Origin: Candidatus Flemingiibacterium sp.
Lineage (GTDB): Bacteria > Bacillota > Clostridia > Oscillospirales > CAG-272
Assembly: GCA_045579745.1 (NCBI GenBank)
Contig: JAZNMQ010000072.1
Coordinates: 10,358 to 74,357 of the forward strand
Reading direction: 5' to 3'
Length of the DNA: 64,000 nt
The notes below the pieces were generated by a model. That model was not told where the DNA came from, made no database searches, and saw nothing but the letters and a program-made list of their open reading frames with translations. Positions within the stretch are counted from its first letter, which is position 1, and the number at the start of each line of letters is the position of its first letter. Both the position numbers and the translations under genes were made by a program. Shown piece after piece: positions 55,768-64,000 of this stretch.

Positions 55768-56853
55768 ATGTCAAACAGATTGTTCCAAGGTATTATCCAC
55801 CAGATGAGGGAAACTGTAGACCGCATTATCGGTGTAATAGATGAAAACGGTGTTATCATTTCCTGCAGCGAGCTGGTAAAAATCGGGGAAACCGCTCAGG
55901 GTATTCGCGACGAGCTTGCTTATACCTCAGAGGGTATTACGACCGGAGGATATACCTACAAGCAGATCGGAAATGGAGTTAAACCGGAGTATATCGTTTT
56001 TGTAGAGGGTGAGGACAAGATCGCAGAAAAAATCGCCTCAATTCTCTCTGTTTCTCTTCAGAATATCAAGAATCTTTACGATGAAAAGTATGATAAAGGC
56101 TCCTTCATTAAAAATATCATACTTGACAACATTCTCCCGAGCGATATTTATTTGAAGAGCAAGGAGCTTCATTTCAATACCGATGTTATGCGCGTTGTAA
56201 TTCTGATCAAATTCTACGGAAAGAGCGATGTGATTCCGTTCGATATGGTTCAGAATATGTTCCCGGACAAGAATAAGGATTATGTAATCTCTGTAGGTGA
56301 GCATGATATCGTGCTTGTTAAGGAAATCAAGCCGAGCAACGATATGCGCGAAATCGAAAAGGTTGCTAAGAATATTGCAGATACACTTTCCTCCGAGTTC
56401 TACGCAAAGGTTACTATCGGTATAGGTACTGCCGTAGATAACATTAAGGATCTCGCTCATTCCTTCAAGGAAGCGCAGATCGCAATCGAGGTCGGAAAGG
56501 TATTCGACACCGAAAAGAATATCATCAGCTATGAAAATCTCGGAATCGGAAGACTTATTTATCAGCTTCCCACAACGCTCTGCGAGATGTTCTTGCAGGA
56601 GGTTTTCAAGAAGGGATCGCTCGAATCGCTTGACCGCGAAACGCTCATGACCATTCAGTGCTTCTTCGAGAACAACCTTAATGTTTCCGAAACCTCGAGA
56701 AAGCTGTTCGTTCACAGAAACACCCTCGTTTACCGTCTTGAGAAAATCAGAAAGCTCACAGGACTCGATCTTCGCGAGTTCGAGCATGCAATCACATTTA
56801 AGGTTGCTCTGATGGTTAAAAAATACCTCACCTCAAAGCCGGTTAAATTCTGA
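55768..56853 (+). CDS. CdaR/PucR-family transcriptional regulator
   Basis: GVIDENG.II, TIGIG, YENLGIGRLI, C-terminal FFENNLNVSETSRKLFVHRNTLVYRLEKI HTH. Confidence 0.9.
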   Translation: MSNRLFQGIIHQMRETVDRIIGVIDENGVIISCSELVKIGETAQGIRDELAYTSEGITTGGYTYKQIGNGVKPEYIVFVEGEDKIAEKIASILSVSLQNIKNLYDEKYDKGSFIKNIILDNILPSDIYLKSKELHFNTDVMRVVILIKFYGKSDVIPFDMVQNMFPDKNKDYVISVGEHDIVLVKEIKPSNDMREIEKVAKNIADTLSSEFYAKVTIGIGTAVDNIKDLAHSFKEAQIAIEVGKVFDTEKNIISYENLGIGRLIYQLPTTLCEMFLQEVFKKGSLESLDRETLMTIQCFFENNLNVSETSRKLFVHRNTLVYRLEKIRKLTGLDLREFEHAITFKVALMVKKYLTSKPVKF

Positions 56854-56859
56854 TATTTT

Positions 56860-56892
56860 ACCGTCCGTTTTCTGTATATGAGAACGGACGGT
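56860..56892 (+). terminator. Terminator-like hairpin
   Basis: ACCGTCCGTT/AACGGACGGT stem. Confidence 0.65.
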
Positions 56893-57004
56893 ATGATTGC
56901 TAAATGCCACAAAAAGTTATTTTTTATATTTAAAACTGACAGAATTCGGTGGCGTATAATATATTATGTTAGTACAAACTACCAATATGGAGTTATTTAT
57001 ATAG

Positions 57005-57721
57005 ATGATAGAATTTAGAGATGTGAAAAAAGTTTACCCGAACGGTCATGTCGCACTTGACGGGGTAAACATAAAAATCGCCGACGGCGAGTTTGTATTT
57101 ATTGTCGGTGAGTCGGGTGCGGGAAAGACCACGCTTACGAAGCTTCTTCTGCGCGAGGAAAAGGTTTCAGGCGGGCACCTCATCGTTCGCTGTGACAAGC
57201 AATTGCCTAAGGGCAAAAAGCAGAGCGTGATTTATGACCTTGCGAAAATTTCAAATTTCAAGGTGCCGTATTACAGACGCGAGCTCGGAGTTGTATTCCA
57301 GGATTTCCGTTTGTTCCCCAACAAAACCGTGTTTGAAAATGTTGCGTTCGCGATGCAGGTCGTCGGTGAATCCAACCGCGTTATAAAGCAGCGTGTACCT
57401 GCTATACTTAACATTGTCAATCTGACGGATAAATCAAACAGCTATCCAAGACAGCTTTCGGGTGGTGAGCAGCAGCGCGTTGCGCTTGCAAGAGCGCTTG
57501 CCAACAATCCGAAGATAATCATTGCGGACGAGCCGACGGGAAATATCGACCCTAAGATGAGTCTTGAGATAATGAATCTGCTTGTAAAGATTCATAACCG
57601 CGGCAAAACTGTTATCGTCGTAACACACGAGAAGGACCTTGTCGATTATTTCAAGCAACGCGTTATTCGCATTTCCGACGGTAAGGTCGTTGGCGACGGA
57701 GTCGGAGGTATGGTGCTGTGA
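57005..57721 (+). CDS. ftsE: Cell division ATP-binding protein FtsE
   Basis: GESGAGKTT, GVVFQDFRL, LSGGEQQRVALARA, ADEPTGNID. Confidence 0.95.
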   Translation: MIEFRDVKKVYPNGHVALDGVNIKIADGEFVFIVGESGAGKTTLTKLLLREEKVSGGHLIVRCDKQLPKGKKQSVIYDLAKISNFKVPYYRRELGVVFQDFRLFPNKTVFENVAFAMQVVGESNRVIKQRVPAILNIVNLTDKSNSYPRQLSGGEQQRVALARALANNPKIIIADEPTGNIDPKMSLEIMNLLVKIHNRGKTVIVVTHEKDLVDYFKQRVIRISDGKVVGDGVGGMVL

Positions 57722-58605
57722 AAAGTTACAAACTAAGCTATTTTTTAGGACAGAGCTTCAAGGGCTTGTGGCGCAACGGCATTATGACCGTGGCTTCGAT
57801 AACCGTTTTGATGAGCTGTCTTGTGGTAATCGGAAGCTTTGCGCTTCTGATTATGAATATTGATGTAAACCTCGAGAATTTAGGCCTTCTCAATGAAATC
57901 GTTGTTTTTGTTGATGAAAGCAAGGATGACGAAGCTGTTTCGGAAATAGGTGCAAAAATCCGCGCGCTTGATAATGTAGCGGAGGTTATATTTATTTCAA
58001 ATGAGCAGGCTCTTGAAGAGGAAAAGGAAAAATACGCCGAATATTCGGGGCTTTATGAGCTTGTAGAGGGCGACAACCCGCTTCGCGACTCGTTTGTAAT
58101 CAAGTATATCGACAATGCTAAGGCTTCGACAACCGCATATCAGGTCGGACAGATTGACGGTATAGCAAAGGTAAATCACCGTCAGGACCTTGCCGCGACA
58201 ATCGAACGAATTAAATCGGGCGTTTCGCTTGTGCTTGTTTGGTTTATGGCGATTCTGTTTGTCGTAAGCATCTTTGTAATAATCAATACGATCAAGCTTG
58301 CAGTGCATGCACGCCGTTCTGAGATCACCATAATGCGTTATGTCGGAGCGACGGATTGGTTTGTAATACTGCCGTTCATTTTCGAGGGAATAATCATCGG
58401 AATTTTAGCGAGCGTGTTCGCATTCCTCATCGAATGGTATATGTACGGCTACGTAGTTGCAATGCTCGGCGACAATTTCAATATGATAACTATCCTGCAA
58501 TTTGACGAGATCAGAATGTATGTAGCAGCTGCATTCCTGGCAATCGGCATTATTACGGGCATTATTGGAAGTACTATTTCGACAAGACGATATTTAAAGG
58601 CTTGA
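57718..58605 (+). CDS. ftsX: Cell division permease FtsX
   Basis: RNGIMTVASI, NPLRDSF, IINTIKL...RRSEI.IMRYVGAT.WF..LPF..EG. Confidence 0.93.
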   Translation: MKSYKLSYFLGQSFKGLWRNGIMTVASITVLMSCLVVIGSFALLIMNIDVNLENLGLLNEIVVFVDESKDDEAVSEIGAKIRALDNVAEVIFISNEQALEEEKEKYAEYSGLYELVEGDNPLRDSFVIKYIDNAKASTTAYQVGQIDGIAKVNHRQDLAATIERIKSGVSLVLVWFMAILFVVSIFVIINTIKLAVHARRSEITIMRYVGATDWFVILPFIFEGIIIGILASVFAFLIEWYMYGYVVAMLGDNFNMITILQFDEIRMYVAAAFLAIGIITGIIGSTISTRRYLKA

Positions 58606-58640
58606 GCGGAATACAAGGAGAGGTTAGGTGAATAATAATA

Positions 58641-59861
58641 ATGAGCTTATTTAAACTGACCGACAAATGTAATATCATCAAAGCGGCATCTCGCATTTTG
58701 GCAGGCGTACTCATCGTTGCTTGCACCATGAGTGCCATGCCGAGCGGCATAGGGCGCATTTCGGCTGACAACAAGCTGACCGATTCAACTGTTCAGGGAT
58801 ATGAAGCAAAGCTTGCTCAAATCGAAAAGAATATGAAGGATTTGCAGAATCAGATTAGCGATGCGAAATCTGACGCTGACAAAGCTATCGCTGAAAAAAC
58901 TCGGCTTGACGGTGAGATGAACCTTCTGATAAATAAAATCAATGTAACGAGCGAATTTATCGCCGAGCTTGAGGCTAACATTGATCAAAAGGATGGCGAG
59001 ATTGACGACAAAGAGCTTGCGTATGAAAGAAAATACGCCTTGTTCAAGGAGCGTCTTCGCGTGACTCACGAGGACGGTCAGGCAAGCTATCTTGAAATGC
59101 TGTTCGGCGCGAAAAATCTTTCGGATTTTCTGTCGCGCATTGACCGCATAGGTGCGATGCTCGAGTATGACAACAAAATAATGGAAGACCTCAAGAGCGA
59201 AAAATATTCGCTCGAAACCATCCGTTCGGAGTTCGAAACTCAGAAGACAAAGCAAGAGGAGCTTTTGGTAAGCCTTAGGGAAGATGAGGCGGAGCTCGAA
59301 AAGAAAACCGCTCAGGCGGCGGCATATTACGAGCAGTATAAAAAGGACGCCGCAAATTATAAGCTGCTTTACGAAAAGCAGCTCGAACAAGAGGAAAAGC
59401 TCCAGGAGGAGCTTCAGGCATATCTTGAGGAGCTTCAAAAGAAGCTCAATTCAAAGTATGTCGGAGGCGATTTCATGTGGCCGCTTCCGCTTGATTATAC
59501 ACGAATTTCATCGTATTACGGTTACCGTCCAAGTCCTATTACCGGCAAACAGGAGCTGCACAACGGAATCGATCTTCCCGCAGCTTACGGAACTTCTATT
59601 TATGCCGCTAACGATGGTAAGATCACCATTGCGCAGTGGAATCATTGGAGCTACGGAAACTACATAATGATCGACCATGGCGGCGGATACGCTACCCTTT
59701 ATGCGCATTGCTCCAACCTTTTGGTCAAGAACGGCGATACGGTCAAAAAAGGGCAGGTAATCGCAAAGGTCGGCTCAACGGGAGCTTCAACGGGAAATCA
59801 TCTTCACTTTTCTCTTTATGAGGAAAACAAGCATACCGACCCGCTTAAGTTCTTCAAATAA
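58641..59861 (+). CDS. Coiled-coil M23 murein hydrolase/activator (EnvC-like)
   Basis: Signal peptide, long coiled coil, HNGID, YGNY, LYAH, STGNHLHF. Confidence 0.88.
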   Translation: MSLFKLTDKCNIIKAASRILAGVLIVACTMSAMPSGIGRISADNKLTDSTVQGYEAKLAQIEKNMKDLQNQISDAKSDADKAIAEKTRLDGEMNLLINKINVTSEFIAELEANIDQKDGEIDDKELAYERKYALFKERLRVTHEDGQASYLEMLFGAKNLSDFLSRIDRIGAMLEYDNKIMEDLKSEKYSLETIRSEFETQKTKQEELLVSLREDEAELEKKTAQAAAYYEQYKKDAANYKLLYEKQLEQEEKLQEELQAYLEELQKKLNSKYVGGDFMWPLPLDYTRISSYYGYRPSPITGKQELHNGIDLPAAYGTSIYAANDGKITIAQWNHWSYGNYIMIDHGGGYATLYAHCSNLLVKNGDTVKKGQVIAKVGSTGASTGNHLHFSLYEENKHTDPLKFFK

Positions 59862-59923
59862 TAACGCAATAATTTAATTCCAAGGCAAAGGGGCTCCTGA
59901 TGCACGGGAGCGATGGTTTAATA

Positions 59924-61120
59924 ATGTCTAAGAAAATTTCAATCGGAATGGCAATCGTATTGATGCTGTTAGCCGTTTTGATTACATTTCAGCTTACTTT
60001 TGTAGGACTGAACAACAAGTACCGCGCACAGCTTAACGAGCTGTCAGCAGGGCTTGAGGCATTCGAAAAATTGGCGGCAGTTGATGAAATCGTACGGACG
60101 CTTTATATCGGCGATATTGATGAGGAAGAACTCTCTGATATGATAATTCGCGGATATATTGCAGGAACGGGCGATAAATACGCTTATTATCTTGACAGGA
60201 CCCAATTCGCTGAGTTTGTCAGTGACAACTCGGCAGAGATGCAGGGCATAGGCGTGTTTGTCATTGCGGGAAGCGATGCTATCGAGATAATTAATGTCAT
60301 GCCCGAATCTCCTGCCCTTGAAGCAGGACTCGAACCGGGCGACCTTATAATCGCTGTTGGAGGCGAAAGCGTTGCGTCGATTGGGTATAACAGCGCTTTG
60401 AACCGATTAAAAGGCGAAGCCGGAACCCCTGCGGAGTTTACCGTTTACCGCGATGGCAAGGAGCTTGATTTTTCAATAGAACGTGGCTATGTAAACGAGC
60501 AGACGGTTATGTCACATATTTACGAGGCTGATAAATCAATCGGTATTGTTAAGATACTCAGCTTTGATAAGAAAACTGCGACACAGTTCAAGGCAGCGTG
60601 CGACGATCTTATTAAAAGCGGTGTCAAGCGTTTCGTTTTTGATGTTCGCTATAATCCCGGCGGTGATCTTGAAGCGATTTGCGACGTGCTCGATTATCTC
60701 TTGCCCGAGGGTCCGATGGTTCGCATTAAGGACGGAAGCGGCAAAGAGGAGGTTCGCACCTCTGATGCAAGCGAGCTTGATGTTCCGATGACGGTTTTGA
60801 TTAACAGTAATACTGCAAGCGCGGCGGAGCTTTTTGCTTCTGCTCTGCAGGATTATAAAAAAGCAACCTTAGTCGGGGAAACAACATTCGGAAAGGGAAC
60901 CGTTCAGCGTATAATCTCGCTTCCCGACGGAACGGGAATCGGAATATCGAACAGCATGTATTATCCGCCATATTCTGACAATTTCGAGGATGTGGGAGTT
61001 ATTCCGGATGTCGCATGTGAGATGGACGAAAGCGTTGCAGATAAAAATATCTACAAAATCACAGATGCCGAGGATACTCAGCTCCAGAAGGCTATTGAGA
61101 TTCTAAACGGTGCAAAATAA
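59924..61120 (+). CDS. S41 C-terminal processing protease (CtpA/CtpB family)
   Basis: PDZ segment, DVRYNPGG, TASAAE, TFGKGTVQ, GVIPD. Confidence 0.92.
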   Translation: MSKKISIGMAIVLMLLAVLITFQLTFVGLNNKYRAQLNELSAGLEAFEKLAAVDEIVRTLYIGDIDEEELSDMIIRGYIAGTGDKYAYYLDRTQFAEFVSDNSAEMQGIGVFVIAGSDAIEIINVMPESPALEAGLEPGDLIIAVGGESVASIGYNSALNRLKGEAGTPAEFTVYRDGKELDFSIERGYVNEQTVMSHIYEADKSIGIVKILSFDKKTATQFKAACDDLIKSGVKRFVFDVRYNPGGDLEAICDVLDYLLPEGPMVRIKDGSGKEEVRTSDASELDVPMTVLINSNTASAAELFASALQDYKKATLVGETTFGKGTVQRIISLPDGTGIGISNSMYYPPYSDNFEDVGVIPDVACEMDESVADKNIYKITDAEDTQLQKAIEILNGAK

Positions 61121-61170
61121 GCAAAAATTTTATAAATATAATATTACACAACCTACAAGGAGAAACTGAA

Positions 61171-61656
61171 ATGGCAAATACACCTATGGTATTAACTGAA
61201 GAAGGTCTTAAAATAATGACCGCCGAGCTCGACCATCTTAAAAACGTCAGACGTGTCGAGGTTAAGGAAAATCTCGCTATCGCGCGTTCCTTCGGTGACC
61301 TTTCCGAGAACAGCGAATACGACGAAGCAAAGAACGAGCAGGCGAAGGTAGAATCACGCATCAACGAGCTTGAGGAAATTCTCAAAAATGTTGTCGTAAT
61401 CAACGAAAGCGACCTTGTCAGCGACGTTGCAAACCTCGGAATGACTGTCACAGTTTATGATGAGGAATTTGACGAGGAGGTTTCGTACAATATCGTTGGT
61501 ACAAACGAGGTTGACCCGCTCAAAAACAATATTTCTGACCGTTCTCCTATAGGTATGGCTATGATTGGCAAAAAAGTGGATGACGTTATTGAAGTAGAAG
61601 CACCCTCCGGTGTTATCAAAATGAAGATCCTCGCTATCAAGAAAACTGCAAAATAA
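61171..61656 (+). CDS. greA: Transcription elongation factor GreA
   Basis: [24 protein letters not shown]. Confidence 0.97.
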   Translation: MANTPMVLTEEGLKIMTAELDHLKNVRRVEVKENLAIARSFGDLSENSEYDEAKNEQAKVESRINELEEILKNVVVINESDLVSDVANLGMTVTVYDEEFDEEVSYNIVGTNEVDPLKNNISDRSPIGMAMIGKKVDDVIEVEAPSGVIKMKILAIKKTAK

Positions 61657-61676
61657 GATTATACGGAGAAAAGACA

Positions 61677-63194
61677 ATGAGCGAAAAGGAAATTATAAAT
61701 AACGCTGCCCAGAATAATGCTGCCAGCGAGCAGGAATTAAACAGCCTCCGTCAGGTCAGACGTGATAAGCTCGCAGCACTTCGCGAGGACGGTAAGGACC
61801 CGTTCCAGATAATGAAGTATGATGTTACACATCACACAATGGATATTAAGGACTCATTTGACGCGCTTGAGGGACAGACGGTATCTGTAGCCGGCAGGAT
61901 GATGTCCAAGCGTATAATGGGCAAGGCGTCCTTCTGCAATATTCTCGATTTGAAGGGAAATATTCAGTCGTATGTAGCACGCGACAGCATCGGCGAGGAA
62001 AGCTATGCCGGATTCAAAAAGCTCGATATCGGTGACATTATCGGTATTCGCGGCGAGGTCTTCAAGACAAAGACCGGCGAGATTTCGATTCACGCGACTG
62101 AGGTAACACTTCTTTCGAAGAGCCTGCAGATTCTTCCGGAGAAGTTCCACGGACTTACAAATACCGATACACGCTACCGTCAGAGATACGTCGATTTGAT
62201 TATGAATCCCGAATCTCGCGATACATTCATAAAGCGCTCCAAGATTATCAGCACAATCCGCAGATTCCTTGATATGCAGGGCTTTATGGAGGTTGAAACT
62301 CCAATGCTCGTATCGAATGCGGGCGGAGCTGCTGCAAGACCGTTTGAAACTCACTTCAATGCTTTGGATGAGGATTTCAAGCTTCGCATCTCGCTTGAGC
62401 TTTACTTAAAGAGATTGATAGTCGGAGGACTTGAGCGTGTTTATGAGATTGGACGAGTTTTCCGTAATGAAGGACTTGATACTCGCCACAATCCCGAATT
62501 TACGCTGATGGAGCTCTATCAGGCATACACCGACTACAACGGCATGATGGACCTCACTGAGAATATGTTCCGCTATGTTGCACAAGAGGTTCTCGGCACA
62601 ACCAAAATCGTATACAACGGCATTGAGATGGACCTTGGCAAGCCGTTTGAAAGAATTACGATGGTAGATGCTGTTAAGAAATACGCAGGGGTTGACTTTA
62701 CAAAGATCGAAACGCTCGAGGAAGCTCGTGCAATTGCAAAAGAGAAGCATGTTCAATACGAGGAGCGCCATTCAAAGGGCGAGATCCTTAATCTGTTCTT
62801 TGAGGAATATGTTGAAGAGCATCTTATTCAGCCGACATTCCTCATGGACCACCCCGTAGAGATTTCACCGCTTACCAAGAAAAAGCCGTCCGACCCGAAT
62901 TACGTAGAGCGTTTTGAGTTCTTCATGAACGGTTGGGAGATGGCAAACGCTTATTCCGAGCTTAATGACCCCATTGACCAGCGTGAGCGTTTCGCCGCAC
63001 AAGAGGAGCAGTTCGCCGCAGGTGATGAGGAAGCTAATCATACTGACGAGGATTTCTTAAACGCGCTCGAGATTGGTATGCCCCCTACAGGCGGCATTGG
63101 CTACGGCATCGACAGAATGTGCATGCTGTTCACCGATTCTGCAGCTATCAGAGATGTATTGCTATTCCCCACAATGAAGACCTTGGAGCAGTAA
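61677..63194 (+). CDS. lysS: Lysyl-tRNA synthetase (class II)
   Basis: [40 protein letters not shown]...RHNPEFT, GMPPTGG.GYGIDR. Confidence 0.98.
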   Translation: MSEKEIINNAAQNNAASEQELNSLRQVRRDKLAALREDGKDPFQIMKYDVTHHTMDIKDSFDALEGQTVSVAGRMMSKRIMGKASFCNILDLKGNIQSYVARDSIGEESYAGFKKLDIGDIIGIRGEVFKTKTGEISIHATEVTLLSKSLQILPEKFHGLTNTDTRYRQRYVDLIMNPESRDTFIKRSKIISTIRRFLDMQGFMEVETPMLVSNAGGAAARPFETHFNALDEDFKLRISLELYLKRLIVGGLERVYEIGRVFRNEGLDTRHNPEFTLMELYQAYTDYNGMMDLTENMFRYVAQEVLGTTKIVYNGIEMDLGKPFERITMVDAVKKYAGVDFTKIETLEEARAIAKEKHVQYEERHSKGEILNLFFEEYVEEHLIQPTFLMDHPVEISPLTKKKPSDPNYVERFEFFMNGWEMANAYSELNDPIDQRERFAAQEEQFAAGDEEANHTDEDFLNALEIGMPPTGGIGYGIDRMCMLFTDSAAIRDVLLFPTMKTLEQ

Positions 63195-63261
63195 GGTTTG
63201 TTTGCCTGAAACGAATTTGATCATCTTGTCAATAGCTCACAAGTGAGCGGAGGATAAAGTC

Positions 63262-64000
63262 GTGACAAAAACAGAGAATGCAAGAAGAATAATTCGCTAT
63301 GATAAGCCTGAGCAGGTCGTTCGGGATATTCCGAAGCATTTTGTCGGATACCGCGGCGTGAATCACGAGAGTCTTGACGGAAGGTTCGGACACGGCAGTC
63401 CGATTGGCAGCCGTTGGACTGATATATGGGGTGTTGAGTGGGAGAAAAAGCAAGAGGGTATTATGGGGTATCCAATAAGCTTTCCGCTTAGCGAGCCTGA
63501 GGATCTTGCAGGCTACAAGTGGCCCTCGGCAGATGATCCGATGATTTACGAGCGCATCTATCAGATGGCTGAGGATCGGAAGGATCCCGATACGCTGATT
63601 TGCGGATCGCACCGTAATCTGCTGTTTGAAAAGGTTGAAAAGCTGATGAGTATGGAAAATCTGCTCGTCTATCTCTATACCGAGCCGGAGTTTGTACGCG
63701 AGATTTTTGAGCGATACACAGAGTTTCAGCTTGGGATCGCAAAGCATTATCTCGCTGTCGGCGTGGATATGATACATTGCTCCGAGGACCTCGGCACGCA
63801 GAATTCCACGCTTATCAGTAAAGAGATGCTGAACGAGTTTCTTGTTCCGTACTACAAGCGGTTGTTTGACTTCTACAAGCAGTATGGCGTGATGATCGAG
63901 CTTCACTCCTGCGGTCACATTGAACCGTTTCTTGATGTGTTTATGGACCTTGGTGTTGATGTACTCAATCCGATCCAGTATACGGCAAACGATGTTGAGA
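63262..64000 (+). pseudogene. Second URO-D/MtaA-like gene with an apparent -1 frameshift near 63445-63448; 3'-truncated by the window (missed by the ORF track)
   Basis: GTG 63262 (RBS GGAGG) gives MTKTENARRIIRYDKPE...WTDIWGVEWEK, stopping at TAA 63475-63477. The homologous sequence continues in frame 3 (KQEGIMGYP...HSCGHIEP...GVDVLNPIQ) to the window end. One extra A in GAGAAAAGC would join the frames. Confidence 0.85.

Noticed and set aside
63440-63455. Programmed -1 ribosomal frameshift
   Set aside because: The sequence GAG AAA AGC is not a canonical X XXY YYZ or A AAA AAG site, and no obvious stimulatory structure follows; an indel is the simpler explanation.

Overview
A chromosomal window from an anaerobic Bacillota/Clostridia-type bacterium. 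The taxonomy is inferred from gene content: hrcA/CIRCE, sigmaA promoters, a SpoIIQ-like M23 gene and Etf-coupled enzymes. The left ~31 kb is largely accessory or metabolic: a truncated BspA-like LRR surface protein, an XRE regulator, an etfB-etfA-FAD dehydrogenase-rhaD operon, dxs, a MATE transporter, a heparinase II/III-like plus URO-D/MtaA-like pair, an APH(3')-like kinase, an ECF sigma with a beta-propeller anti-sigma, an SDR-UxuA-like-lactonase operon, and a CofE-like ligase divergent from purC. It also carries rpmB, pgi, an ABC exporter and the spoIIQ-like gene. The right ~33 kb is mostly housekeeping: aroK, fabV with an acyltransferase and a membrane protein, ppiB, hflKC, mecA-udg-asparaginase-wHTH-pyrCFKD, oadB/oadG-like, hrcA-grpE-dnaK, dnaJ-prmA, rsmE, a CdaR-type regulator, ftsEX-M23-S41, greA, lysS and a frameshifted second URO-D-like gene. 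I found no rRNA, intact tRNA, CRISPR array, transposase or integrase. The strongest unexplained signals are non-coding. (1) A three-copy structured element with compensatory base changes lies 13-14 nt upstream of the start codons of etfA, purC and an ABC ATPase. (2) A ~180-nt multi-stem, possibly pseudoknotted RNA lies between a sigmaA promoter and a small P-loop protein gene. (3) A second REP/MITE-like palindrome family occurs at four sites. All product calls come from motif recognition by eye; no database searches or folding computations were run.
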